A DNA stretch of 34,694 bases, from positions 1 through 34,694 of IMG/VR virus record IMGVR_UViG_3300031184_000007; one strand, written 5' to 3'. This stretch comes from a virus. Taxonomy: Duplodnaviria > Caudoviricetes. The notes below the pieces were generated by a model. The model was not told the DNA's origin. It ran no database searches and saw only the letters and a program-made list of their open reading frames with translations. The position numbers and the translations under genes were made by a program. Shown one piece after another: positions 7,924 through 15,976 of the stretch. Each line of letters begins with the position of its first letter. Position 1 is the stretch's first letter.

Positions 7924-7997
7924 ACGCTAGGAAGACCGCCCCTAGCGTTCCCGCGCGGCGGTGTCGTGCCCAGGACATCCCCCGACCGCCGCGCGGG
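7924..7997. other. two adjacent intergenic hairpins
   Basis: ACGCTAGG/CCTAGCGT (7924-7948) and 13-bp CCCGCGCGGCGGT/ACCGCCGCGCGGG (7950-7997). Confidence 0.7.
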
Positions 7998-8020
7998 CGT
8001 CTCTAACCCACCGAGGAACC

Positions 8021-8230
8021 ATGTCAGACGATTATGCACACCCTGTCGGACAGGTCAGCAAGACGATGATCGAAGCCAGCGTCGAGCTTGACAATAAGGC
8101 CGAAGCTGCACGCGCAGCCGGCGATAATGAAACGGCCGCGCGGCTAAGTGGTGAATCTGAGCAACACATGCGAGCCGCAAACATACTGGACCGTGCCGAC
8201 CAGGCTTACGGCGACCGCAATAAGGTTTAG
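8021..8230 (+). CDS. small helical protein (MSDDYAHP...)
   Basis: GAGGA RBS before ATG 8021. Confidence 0.7.
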   Translation: MSDDYAHPVGQVSKTMIEASVELDNKAEAARAAGDNETAARLSGESEQHMRAANILDRADQAYGDRNKV

Positions 8231-8277
8231 TAATGCGTAAGCGGGCGTCTAGTGATGAGTCGCCCGCTGTATATTAT

Positions 8278-8347
8278 GACCGGCCAGCACGATAGGTGAG
8301 TGCAACGCCAAGCGCGGAAGGGTGCCGTTCGACCCGGCCACCGGTCA
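8278..8347 (+). ncRNA. tRNA-like element with degenerate anticodon arm
   Basis: Acceptor GACCGG/CCGGTC; D arm GCAC-gataggtga-GTGC; mini-arm CGC-caa-GCG; T arm GCCG-TTCGACC-CGGC. Confidence 0.5.
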
Positions 8348-8378
8348 ACTGCCATCAACATACGGGGAAACTATCGCA

Positions 8379-9152
8379 ATGAAATATCTACTGATTTTGA
8401 TCGCTGGTGTGATCATGTCATACGTCGCACCAGCAAACGCCACCGATCTCCGCTCGACCAAGGATGCACCGGCGTTCGACACCATGACCAAGGCACCCAT
8501 CGGTTTTGGTGGCGGCTATGTCGGCGGTTCGGTGAACTGGTCGCAAATCGACGTTAGCCAATCCGCGTCAATCAGCATCGGCGACGAGTCCGCATCGTTT
8601 GGCCTTCCCGGCATGTCCGGCGATGAGTTCAGCGGCGGCGTACAGATCGGCTACAACTTTGAAGCCGGCCGACTCTATGGCGGCCCGGTCGTGAAGTTCG
8701 ATCTCGGCGGCCCGACCGCGTCGCTGCATCACACGTTCGCCACCGACGAAGACGGCGAAGCGCTGGCCACCGGCGATCTCAAAATGACGGTGAACTGGAC
8801 GGCGACCCTCGCCGGCAAAGGTGGCATCCGCGTAACCGACTGGCTCGGCGTCTATGGCCTGCTCGGCATTGGCTTCGTCGATGTCGACGTCGACGGCCGC
8901 GCCCATGTCGGTCGTCCTGGTCAGGGCATTGGCTTGCACGAGAACGCAACCGACACCGTGACCGCGTTCACCTATGGCGCCGGTGTGGATCTCAAGCTTT
9001 CGGACAACTGGCGTGCGTTCGCCGAGTGGCAACGGTTCGACCTCGACACCTTCAATGCACAAGGCTCGATCCTGTTCGACCAAATCCGCTACGGCTACAA
9101 AGCTGATAGTGATCTCGACGTCATCCGCGTTGGCGTAAACTACGCCTGGTAA
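8379..9152 (+). CDS. outer-membrane beta-barrel protein, Omp25/Omp31/RopB-like
   Basis: Signal peptide (ANA-T); FGGGYVGG, GGVQIGYNF, GAGVDLKLSDNWRAFAEW; C-terminal VIRVGVNYAW BAM-type signal. Confidence 0.9.
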   Translation: MKYLLILIAGVIMSYVAPANATDLRSTKDAPAFDTMTKAPIGFGGGYVGGSVNWSQIDVSQSASISIGDESASFGLPGMSGDEFSGGVQIGYNFEAGRLYGGPVVKFDLGGPTASLHHTFATDEDGEALATGDLKMTVNWTATLAGKGGIRVTDWLGVYGLLGIGFVDVDVDGRAHVGRPGQGIGLHENATDTVTAFTYGAGVDLKLSDNWRAFAEWQRFDLDTFNAQGSILFDQIRYGYKADSDLDVIRVGVNYAW

Positions 9153-9172
9153 GATAATCACAGGGGCGAGTC

Positions 9173-9295
9173 GTGACTTACTTCGATTTCATATTCGCCC
9201 TTGTGGCCACCACTTCGCTAGCAACCATCGTAATTGCATTCATGCTGGACGATCGGTTCGCTAGCTTCGTGCTTTCTCTCGCTTTGGGAAACTGA
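9173..9295 (+). CDS. 40-aa hydrophobic peptide
   Basis: GTG start, fills the gap, TM-like FIFALVATTSLATIVIAFML. Not in the ORF track. Confidence 0.5.
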   Translation: MTYFDFIFALVATTSLATIVIAFMLDDRFASFVLSLALGN

Positions 9296-9296
9296 C

Positions 9297-9485
9297 GTGA
9301 CCACACTGGAAACAATTCAGAAATATTACATACAGAGAAATCATGCGAGCGGTGTGGAAGCACAAATTATCACCAACGTGATTGAACAAATTTACAAGCT
9401 TATGGTCGAGGACGACATAAGCGAACGTGAGATCATTTATCTATTATTGCCGGTCAACCATCCAGGGAACAACAATGGCACGTGA
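9297..9485 (+). CDS. hypothetical protein
   Basis: GTG 1 nt after the previous stop; AT-rich ORF. Confidence 0.55.
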   Translation: MTTLETIQKYYIQRNHASGVEAQIITNVIEQIYKLMVEDDISEREIIYLLLPVNHPGNNNGT

Positions 9486-9630
9486 ACCGACACCAACACC
9501 CGACACACGTAAAGACGATCTCCGGAAGGAATATGAAGCCGACCCGGATGCGTTCCGCGAGAAATACGATACCGACAAGCCGACGCCGCCGCCAACACAA
9601 GACCCGCGCGCACCCGGCAAGTCGAACTAG
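9475..9630 (+). CDS. small Pro/Thr-rich charged protein
   Basis: AGGGA RBS before ATG 9475. Confidence 0.6.
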   Translation: MAREPTPTPDTRKDDLRKEYEADPDAFREKYDTDKPTPPPTQDPRAPGKSN

Positions 9631-9631
9631 A

Positions 9632-9952
9632 ACCACGACCACGGCGGTGGTGTGGGAGGGTGCGGAACGGCACCCGACGCCGGACGATCGGAAAGCTTGG
9701 CCCCCAATCAGGACAGAGCACAAAGCCAAGCCGTAAGCGTCCGGCGATTTCATGACCCTCGACCCAGGCATCGCGCCCGCGCGGTGTCTTGGTGGACGGC
9801 CACTAGGCAATGCTGGCGGATCAGGAGCGCGCCAGCCCCGATGACCGGACAAGGCCCGGTAGGTGTCGCTAGGCCAACAGGTGCGGGTGTGTCGGTTCGA
9901 TCCCGCGCCGCGCCGTCCAACCCGCCCGCGCTCGTGGACCCGGCGCGGGCGG
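9632..9952 (+). ncRNA. highly structured non-coding region including a tRNA-like multibranch domain (9793-9919)
   Basis: At least 9 stems over about 320 nt; TGGACGGC/GCCGTCCA closing stem; GGTTCGATCC T-loop-like motif. Confidence 0.55.
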
Positions 9953-9988
9953 TTCCCTCATCAACCCTGTAATCGGAGCTAGAACCCG

Positions 9989-10291
9989 GTGAACGACGAA
10001 ATCAGAAGGCTGATCACCAAGGCCGTCGGCGCGGACAAGTCCGACGACGCCCTTAAATTCTCGCAGGCCGCCTTGAACGCCACCAACGCACTGCGCGAGC
10101 CAATGTCCCCCATGTTGGACGATCGAGACAAGCTGCGCGATACGCGCGAAGCGCTCGCGGCCGTGCGCCGAGCAATCACCTCACCCGCGAATAAGCTGTC
10201 GATCATATGTACGGTTTGGATGGACCCAACGGACAGCGAACACGAAACGGTCGTGGATTTCATCGACCAGACTTTAGAGGATACTCAATGA
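9989..10291 (+). CDS. hypothetical protein
   Basis: GGAG RBS, GTG start, ATGA coupling downstream. Confidence 0.7.
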   Translation: MNDEIRRLITKAVGADKSDDALKFSQAALNATNALREPMSPMLDDRDKLRDTREALAAVRRAITSPANKLSIICTVWMDPTDSEHETVVDFIDQTLEDTQ

Positions 10292-10770
10292 TTAAAGAAA
10301 TTAAAGAGTTTTTCATAGCAAGCGCACATTGCTATCAAGTCAAAAATGCCGACGGATCTTACGCAAAACGTGAAGATGATGTGATATGGCTTGGTGAAAG
10401 CGAAGATTATCCCGCTTGTTGGGATGATAAATTAAAAGCCAAAGAATGGAAAACCATCGAAGAAATTCGTAAGGTATGGTTACGTTGGGACGGCATGCCT
10501 TGGTGGAATAGACTAAAACCCGAAAGCTTGCAAATTTTCCGGGTGATTGAAGAAAGAACTTACCATCGTAAAGAACAGGAAATTAGAACCGACAATAATC
10601 AAGAAAGCAAATGCGTAGTTTGTGCCGCACCAGGTAAAACGAACGTTCTATATTATTGTGATGAAGTAGATGGTGGCCCGTGGTGCATTGATCATTTTGT
10701 CAAAGCTACCAATTGCACCGACGAAACGCATGGTGAAGGTTGTATAACATCGGTGTTTGAAAATGGATGA
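10288..10770 (+). CDS. hypothetical protein with C-terminal Cys/His (Zn-finger-like) domain
   Basis: GAGGA RBS, ATG 10288; CVVC...C...CIDH; AT-rich. Confidence 0.7.
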   Translation: MIKEIKEFFIASAHCYQVKNADGSYAKREDDVIWLGESEDYPACWDDKLKAKEWKTIEEIRKVWLRWDGMPWWNRLKPESLQIFRVIEERTYHRKEQEIRTDNNQESKCVVCAAPGKTNVLYYCDEVDGGPWCIDHFVKATNCTDETHGEGCITSVFENG

Positions 10771-11077
10771 GATGTACCGCCTCGAAGACGTCATCGAAAA
10801 CGCCTGGCGGATGCCTCAGCTAGCGACATGGAACCCGAACACGCATCCGACTTGCACTGTGACCATCCAGCCGAAACCCAGGCCGTCGGGATTGATCTTA
10901 CCGCCCGGTATGGTGCCACCGGCACCGCGTCCGGAGAACGTGCCGCGATATTTCGTGACGTTCGAATGTGAACAAGGAATGATCAACGGCGCGCCGGCAT
11001 ATCAGGTCAAAGGAACCTGCAACGGCAAGACGATCATCGTTCATCAGGGGTTTTTAGACAAGCGGCCGGTGAACTGA
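10763..11077 (+). CDS. hypothetical protein
   Basis: Last gene of the + arm; overlaps the previous stop. Confidence 0.7.
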   Translation: MDEMYRLEDVIENAWRMPQLATWNPNTHPTCTVTIQPKPRPSGLILPPGMVPPAPRPENVPRYFVTFECEQGMINGAPAYQVKGTCNGKTIIVHQGFLDKRPVN

Positions 11078-11080
11078 AAG

Positions 11081-11116
11081 ACCGGTTCGGGTTGCCCGCC
11101 AAGGCCCCGAACCGGT
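11081..11116. terminator. hairpin between the convergent early and late arms
   Basis: Perfect 11-bp ACCGGTTCGGG/CCCGAACCGGT; no U tract. Confidence 0.65.
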
Positions 11117-11150
11117 GTCACCGCCTGCACGAGGTGTGCGGCGCGACCGA

Positions 11151-11531
11151 CTAGGGAGTCGGAACCGGCGCCGGCACGACACCCGGATCAACCGGCGTGT
11201 TTGCGAGGATCAGCGCGGCGATACGTTGGCTATTGGCGATCTGGGCATCGGCGAGCGCGGTAATGCGCGCGGCGTCGTTACCCTCGGCGGTCAGCTCGTC
11301 CGCGAGATCCTTGACGGCCTGTGCATTGGCCACGAGAAACGCTTCGAGCGAGGTCACGGCGTTGGTATCCGCAGTCACCGCATCGGTCATCTTGGCAATG
11401 GCCGCATCCGTTACTTTCGTCATGTCGATAACGTCTCCTTCGACTGTCGTAAGCGCCGTTTCGATTCGGTCCAGTTGGGCGCGAATGTCTGGATCGATTT
11501 GATAATAGTTATTGATTACGATGTTTGTCAT
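11151..11531 (-). CDS. acidic Ala-rich coiled-coil protein at the end of the lysis module
   Basis: ATGA coupling at 11528-11531; heptad-like sequence. Confidence 0.75.
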   Translation of the reverse strand: MTNIVINNYYQIDPDIRAQLDRIETALTTVEGDVIDMTKVTDAAIAKMTDAVTADTNAVTSLEAFLVANAQAVKDLADELTAEGNDAARITALADAQIANSQRIAALILANTPVDPGVVPAPVPTP

Positions 11532-12169
11532 GAACCGCTCGTTGTACGTTCGACAACACCGCGCGGATCCGGAAGATCCTTCGCCTTGTCGGTCGGAACC
11601 GTCACGACAACCGGGTCCGGCTGCTTGGCGGGTGTGGCGACCGGCCGCCCAAGTTCCTTGCTGACTGCTTTCACAGTGTCCGGTGTCGAGGCGCCGCCCG
11701 TGATCGGCACGACCTGAGCATAAGCCGGGATACGCGCCCAAATCATTTCTTCAAGACGACCCTGCGAAATGGTGAACTTTTTCAGGATATCGGCCGCGCG
11801 CGGAGCAATGTAGGAAGCCGCCACCGACATGAAATAATTGTCAAACTTGACAGCTTCAAGACCGCTTCCCTGCTTCTGAACTTCGGCTGTGGCCGTGGCT
11901 AGCGCAAAATCAATGCCCTTGTGAATGATGTCATTCAACCGGTCATTGAGGTTCTGTTCATACTGGCTATTCGCGAGCCCGAACTTGGCGAACACGAACC
12001 GGATGCCGACGGCCGATAATGCGGTCAACGCCGTGCCGAGCGCTCCGGCAATCCAGGTCACGACCTCCGTTGCCGGCGACCGGAGATCGACCGTGGTTTG
12101 TGCATATGCTGAGTCGCCCAAGGCGAGGACGAGCGCGCAAATGATCACAGGGGCAAGAAATCTATGCAT
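11528..12169 (-). CDS. holin-like membrane protein
   Basis: Directly after the endolysin; signal-like N-terminus plus one TM (WIAGALGTALTALSAVGIRFVF), then a helical domain. Holin role is positional inference. Confidence 0.6.
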   Translation of the reverse strand: MHRFLAPVIICALVLALGDSAYAQTTVDLRSPATEVVTWIAGALGTALTALSAVGIRFVFAKFGLANSQYEQNLNDRLNDIIHKGIDFALATATAEVQKQGSGLEAVKFDNYFMSVAASYIAPRAADILKKFTISQGRLEEMIWARIPAYAQVVPITGGASTPDTVKAVSKELGRPVATPAKQPDPVVVTVPTDKAKDLPDPRGVVERTTSGS

Positions 12170-12881
12170 ATGAAACTCCAATCAATTTTAATGCCCGGCG
12201 CCACCATGGCACGACCGGGTCAACACTCGCCGCACCGACCACAACAGCGCGCACCGGCTCGCCAGCCGGCACAGGCGAGCGCACCACAGGCGGAAGCGGC
12301 CTATCTGCCGTGATGACCGGCGGTGGCGTCGCCGGCATGCTGTCACCCCACGGAACCGCGCTCGCAGCGATATAGCGGCCGGACCCGGTCGCGGTATCGT
12401 GAACCAGGATCTTGCTCGGCGGGTACCGGCCGGTGCGCCACAACGCTAGTTCATCCGCGCGGCGGTTGATCAACCCTTGCATGACGCGGCCGCCAGCGCG
12501 GTTGTATTGTGACCATGTCGCGAGCGCGCCCGCGATGTCACCCCGGTTGAACTTGTCGTCGATCGAGCCCGCGCGTATGGCGCCGGTATTGAGCTGAAAC
12601 GAGCACGCCGCGTCGAACTGTGCCTGGTTGATCTCCGCCTTGAACGCAAGCCGGACGCTGGCTTGCACCGGTTGCATGTCGTTCGAATAAATCTGGAATG
12701 CACCGGGAATGTTCACACGGTCGCCGCGTCGCACATCAGGAAGCCCGGCCGCGCGTGTGTGACCAATACCTATTGTCCACGGTTCTCGACCGGTTCCAGG
12801 GTCAGCATAGGCGAACAGATACAACGCCTCATGCGCCGCCGAGAAGGCCGCTCCAGCCTGCGAAAGTCGTCCAGTCGTCAT
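12162..12881 (-). CDS. endolysin, GH24 (T4/P21-type) lysozyme with Pro-rich C-terminal extension
   Basis: HEA..AYADP...WTIGIGHT, NQAQFDAACSFQLNTG, GLINRRADE. Confidence 0.92.
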   Translation of the reverse strand: MTTGRLSQAGAAFSAAHEALYLFAYADPGTGREPWTIGIGHTRAAGLPDVRRGDRVNIPGAFQIYSNDMQPVQASVRLAFKAEINQAQFDAACSFQLNTGAIRAGSIDDKFNRGDIAGALATWSQYNRAGGRVMQGLINRRADELALWRTGRYPPSKILVHDTATGSGRYIAASAVPWGDSMPATPPPVITADRPLPPVVRSPVPAGEPVRAVVVGAASVDPVVPWWRRALKLIGVSYA

Positions 12882-12894
12882 GATCACAGGGTCC

Positions 12895-13299
12895 CTAGGG
12901 TGAGGGTGTTACCGCGCCGCCTGGCGCGCGTATCTGCATTATGGTCGGTTTGAACCAACCATTGTCGAGGCGTTCCCTAATGAACACCAACCGTTCGGCT
13001 TGTCGCGCCATTTCAGCGGCGTTGATATTGCTCGAAATATAAGTGATCGCAGTAGAGGCCGCACCGATTAGAATAGTAATTGCAACAATGAGCGGCACGA
13101 CCTTGTAAACGTCTAACTTTGGCTGTGCCGTAACCGTTGTCACGGCTGTAACGACTGTGTCTAGCTTGCTTCCTAATTCGGTCACATTTCGCGCAACCTC
13201 GCCGAGTGACCGTTCGACGTGGATAAGCCGGTTTTTCTGTTCCACGCCTTGAAGTTCCAGACTGTCTAGTCGGTGTTCCACCTTTTCGGTTTCTGGCAT
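12895..13299 (-). CDS. coiled-coil plus single TM protein, lysis-module accessory
   Basis: Heptads followed by VVPLIVAITILIGAASTAITYI; directly upstream of the endolysin. Confidence 0.7.
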   Translation of the reverse strand: MPETEKVEHRLDSLELQGVEQKNRLIHVERSLGEVARNVTELGSKLDTVVTAVTTVTAQPKLDVYKVVPLIVAITILIGAASTAITYISSNINAAEMARQAERLVFIRERLDNGWFKPTIMQIRAPGGAVTPSP

Positions 13300-13333
13300 A
13301 ATTTTAACATTCTCAAGGCGTTGCGTCACTAGG

Positions 13334-13648
13334 CTAAATCGTCGGTACACCTATTTGGATATCATCGACCTGTGACGAAACAACCCCTCCGTTAAGCGTT
13401 TGTTCATTGCCAGCCGGAAGCGTCGTTCCCCTATGGTCAGGCTCGAATGGTTTGATGATCTCGATATATGCGGCCTGTGACGCGGCGAGATGGGCACGCA
13501 ATTCCGTCATTTCGTTGTTTGCCGCGTCCACGACACGGCGAGCGTCGGCGAGATCGGCTTGCATCATGACAACGGCGTTCAAGGCATTGTCGCGCTGTGC
13601 CTGCATCGCTGCAAGCATGTCTTGGGCGCGTTGAAGTTCTTTGTTCAT
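13334..13648 (-). CDS. coiled-coil hypothetical protein
   Basis: TAATG coupling at 13646-13650. Confidence 0.7.
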   Translation of the reverse strand: MNKELQRAQDMLAAMQAQRDNALNAVVMMQADLADARRVVDAANNEMTELRAHLAASQAAYIEIIKPFEPDHRGTTLPAGNEQTLNGGVVSSQVDDIQIGVPTI

Positions 13649-14076
13649 TAGATAGCAGCCCAAATATTCACTGAGTTGATCGAGTCCCAGGCTACAGGAA
13701 TAAATGTTTTCGCTGTTCCACGGGGAATGATGACACTTGAATTTCCGTCAATTAATCTAACCTGAGGGTCAAGAAATACCTCAATATCTCCAGCAGCAGG
13801 AAACACGGTAGCGGAAGCAATAACCGTATATTTTTGACCAACATATATGCTAGTGTCTAATTTTATTGCATAGTTTGAGGCATCAACATAATTTGCAACC
13901 AGAACGACGTCACGAATTAGTGTGTCATTCTCGATGTAACCAACGGCAGCACTTGCAAAATCTATCCCTTGGCAATCAATAGATGCCCAGATTATATCTT
14001 CTGATTTTTCCCTGATGGCCAAAGACAATGGAGGGAATAAGCCATTGAATGGTAATACGAAAAGATTGCTTGCCAT
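13648..14076 (-). CDS. hypothetical protein, possibly tail-fibre associated
   Basis: Starts 1 nt after the fibre stop; low GC like the fibre 3' part. Confidence 0.7.
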   Translation of the reverse strand: MASNLFVLPFNGLFPPLSLAIREKSEDIIWASIDCQGIDFASAAVGYIENDTLIRDVVLVANYVDASNYAIKLDTSIYVGQKYTVIASATVFPAAGDIEVFLDPQVRLIDGNSSVIIPRGTAKTFIPVAWDSINSVNIWAAI

Positions 14077-14077
14077 T

Positions 14078-15976
14078 TTATGTTCCTATCAATCCATGAG
14101 AACGCAGGTCTTCTATCAATCCAGCAATCGCCCCTGCGCATGTTGCGGCGGTTGCTCCGGCCACATTGAATGTTCCTCTCGTAGCACCAGCACCAGGAGC
14201 ATTCCAACCTGTAACACGCGTTGCGACAACTTGTGTCCCGTCGCGGTAGATTGCATTATCCATATTGAGCGTTCCAGCGCCTTGAAAACCTCCAGTCGGC
14301 GCACCGATGGTAACGCCATTTGCCCAAGACATGGCGGCCGATGTGGCACCGGCAACAAACAAAGTGAGATCAAGTTGAGTATCTTCGCTTCCGGCCGTTG
14401 GATCAAGCAGTGTTCCCGCAAGTTGGATTGCGTTGATTGTCGCCGGTGTGCTATTGCGAGCTTGCCAAAGGAAAGAACCGATAAGGTCATTAGCCGCCGG
14501 TGACGCCGAGTTGCGGAATAGATTTATGAATGGTCCAGCGCTTGCACTTGCATCCGTACTGACAGCTTGAAGCGGAATAGCAAACGTGCTGCTTAATGTT
14601 GCAGTTATTTGCCTGTCAGCAAGAATGGTTCCAGAACCCTTGCCGGTCAAGTTTAAGGATATGTTAGTGTCATCACCAGCGACGCCAATTATTGGCCCGT
14701 TGCCTGTCGTGGTCGATGTGACAGTCAGATAATTTACAGCGCTTGCGTTATAACTTATCTGAAATGCAAGTTTACTTGTAGCACTTACCCAATAAACTGT
14801 TTTATCGTCAAATGTTTGAAGTAACGAACTAGACGATGCATCGACAATCGATTGAATACCGGCGCCAAAATTACTCCCTGCATAGTACCAGTTGATTTGA
14901 TGACCGCGCGCCAGCGAGATAGCCTCGCCGACACCAGTAACGCCATCTGTTCCCGTCAGTGCATCACTTCGAAACACAATACCTTTATTCCAGGTATGTG
15001 CATTCTTAAGAATGCCGATGGCATTGGCCGATGGGTTCGCAGCATTCCCACCGTAAGCATTATCTCCACCACCAGCAAGCCATACACCAATGACACCGGC
15101 ACCACCCATGTTATATGGGTCAGGGTTGACATTGCTTCCCTTATTCTTTGCAGCAACTTCAAGTCCATAGCTGGACAGCGCACCGCTCTCGTGCTGCAAA
15201 TCAGAATAGAGCGCCCAACCAATACCAGATGCCTTGTCATTGATCAGGAAACCAGAAACACCGATGCTCCCGGATGTGCCGAACTGATCAGATGAACGCG
15301 AACCTCCAACAATACCATATCCACCATTTCGAGCGTATGAAAGTAATTGCGCGTGAACAGCAAGATAACTTGCACCGCTGGCAACTGTAGGAACAATTCC
15401 ACCTTGGTCATTAGCATTAAATGATCCGGTGCAACTATCAGCCGAACCTACAAACACCCTATCCAACTTAGCAATACTTACGAAAGGCGAAACGTCCGTC
15501 CATAAACCATGAGTGCCTTTAGATGGTTGTAAAATATCGTCATCAAAACTATAACCACCCTCGGCACCAGTAAAAGCCAATGAACTTTCAAAAGGTGATC
15601 CACTTAAAACATGGGTAATTGTAACATCACCCAAATTCCAATTTATTGATGCACCGGCATCCAACGCTATTCCTGATAATGGATCGTCCGAATCATCATC
15701 ATGTTCACTTGCAGTTCCAATGCCGACATAACGCCATGTCCGCGAGAACGTCCCTGACGTCGCTGTGATCTTATAGGCGCCTCCAATGACGTGGAACGCG
15801 GCAAAACCTTCCGCATCGGCAACGAAAGGGTTCCCGATCGAGACCAGGCCGCTTCGATCGCTGAACAACACCGCGAGCGGCGAACCGCCAGTTTCCTGCC
15901 GAACCTCGACGCTTGCGCCGGGAAGGATCGTCCCGTCCTCGTCGACGATAGTCGCTTGCCATCTTGCCAAGGCCAT
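14078..15976 (-). CDS. tail fibre / receptor-binding protein
   Basis: Follows the hub. N-terminal anchor (GASVEVR...NPFVADAEGFAAF), G/S/N/T-rich beta body, C-terminal LIEDLRSHGLI. Confidence 0.85.
   Translation of the reverse strand: MALARWQATIVDEDGTILPGASVEVRQETGGSPLAVLFSDRSGLVSIGNPFVADAEGFAAFHVIGGAYKITATSGTFSRTWRYVGIGTASEHDDDSDDPLSGIALDAGASINWNLGDVTITHVLSGSPFESSLAFTGAEGGYSFDDDILQPSKGTHGLWTDVSPFVSIAKLDRVFVGSADSCTGSFNANDQGGIVPTVASGASYLAVHAQLLSYARNGGYGIVGGSRSSDQFGTSGSIGVSGFLINDKASGIGWALYSDLQHESGALSSYGLEVAAKNKGSNVNPDPYNMGGAGVIGVWLAGGGDNAYGGNAANPSANAIGILKNAHTWNKGIVFRSDALTGTDGVTGVGEAISLARGHQINWYYAGSNFGAGIQSIVDASSSSLLQTFDDKTVYWVSATSKLAFQISYNASAVNYLTVTSTTTGNGPIIGVAGDDTNISLNLTGKGSGTILADRQITATLSSTFAIPLQAVSTDASASAGPFINLFRNSASPAANDLIGSFLWQARNSTPATINAIQLAGTLLDPTAGSEDTQLDLTLFVAGATSAAMSWANGVTIGAPTGGFQGAGTLNMDNAIYRDGTQVVATRVTGWNAPGAGATRGTFNVAGATAATCAGAIAGLIEDLRSHGLIGT

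Noticed and set aside
8278-9919. Functional tRNA genes at 8278 and 9793
   Set aside because: Neither has a 5-bp stem/7-nt loop anticodon arm; reported only as tRNA-like.
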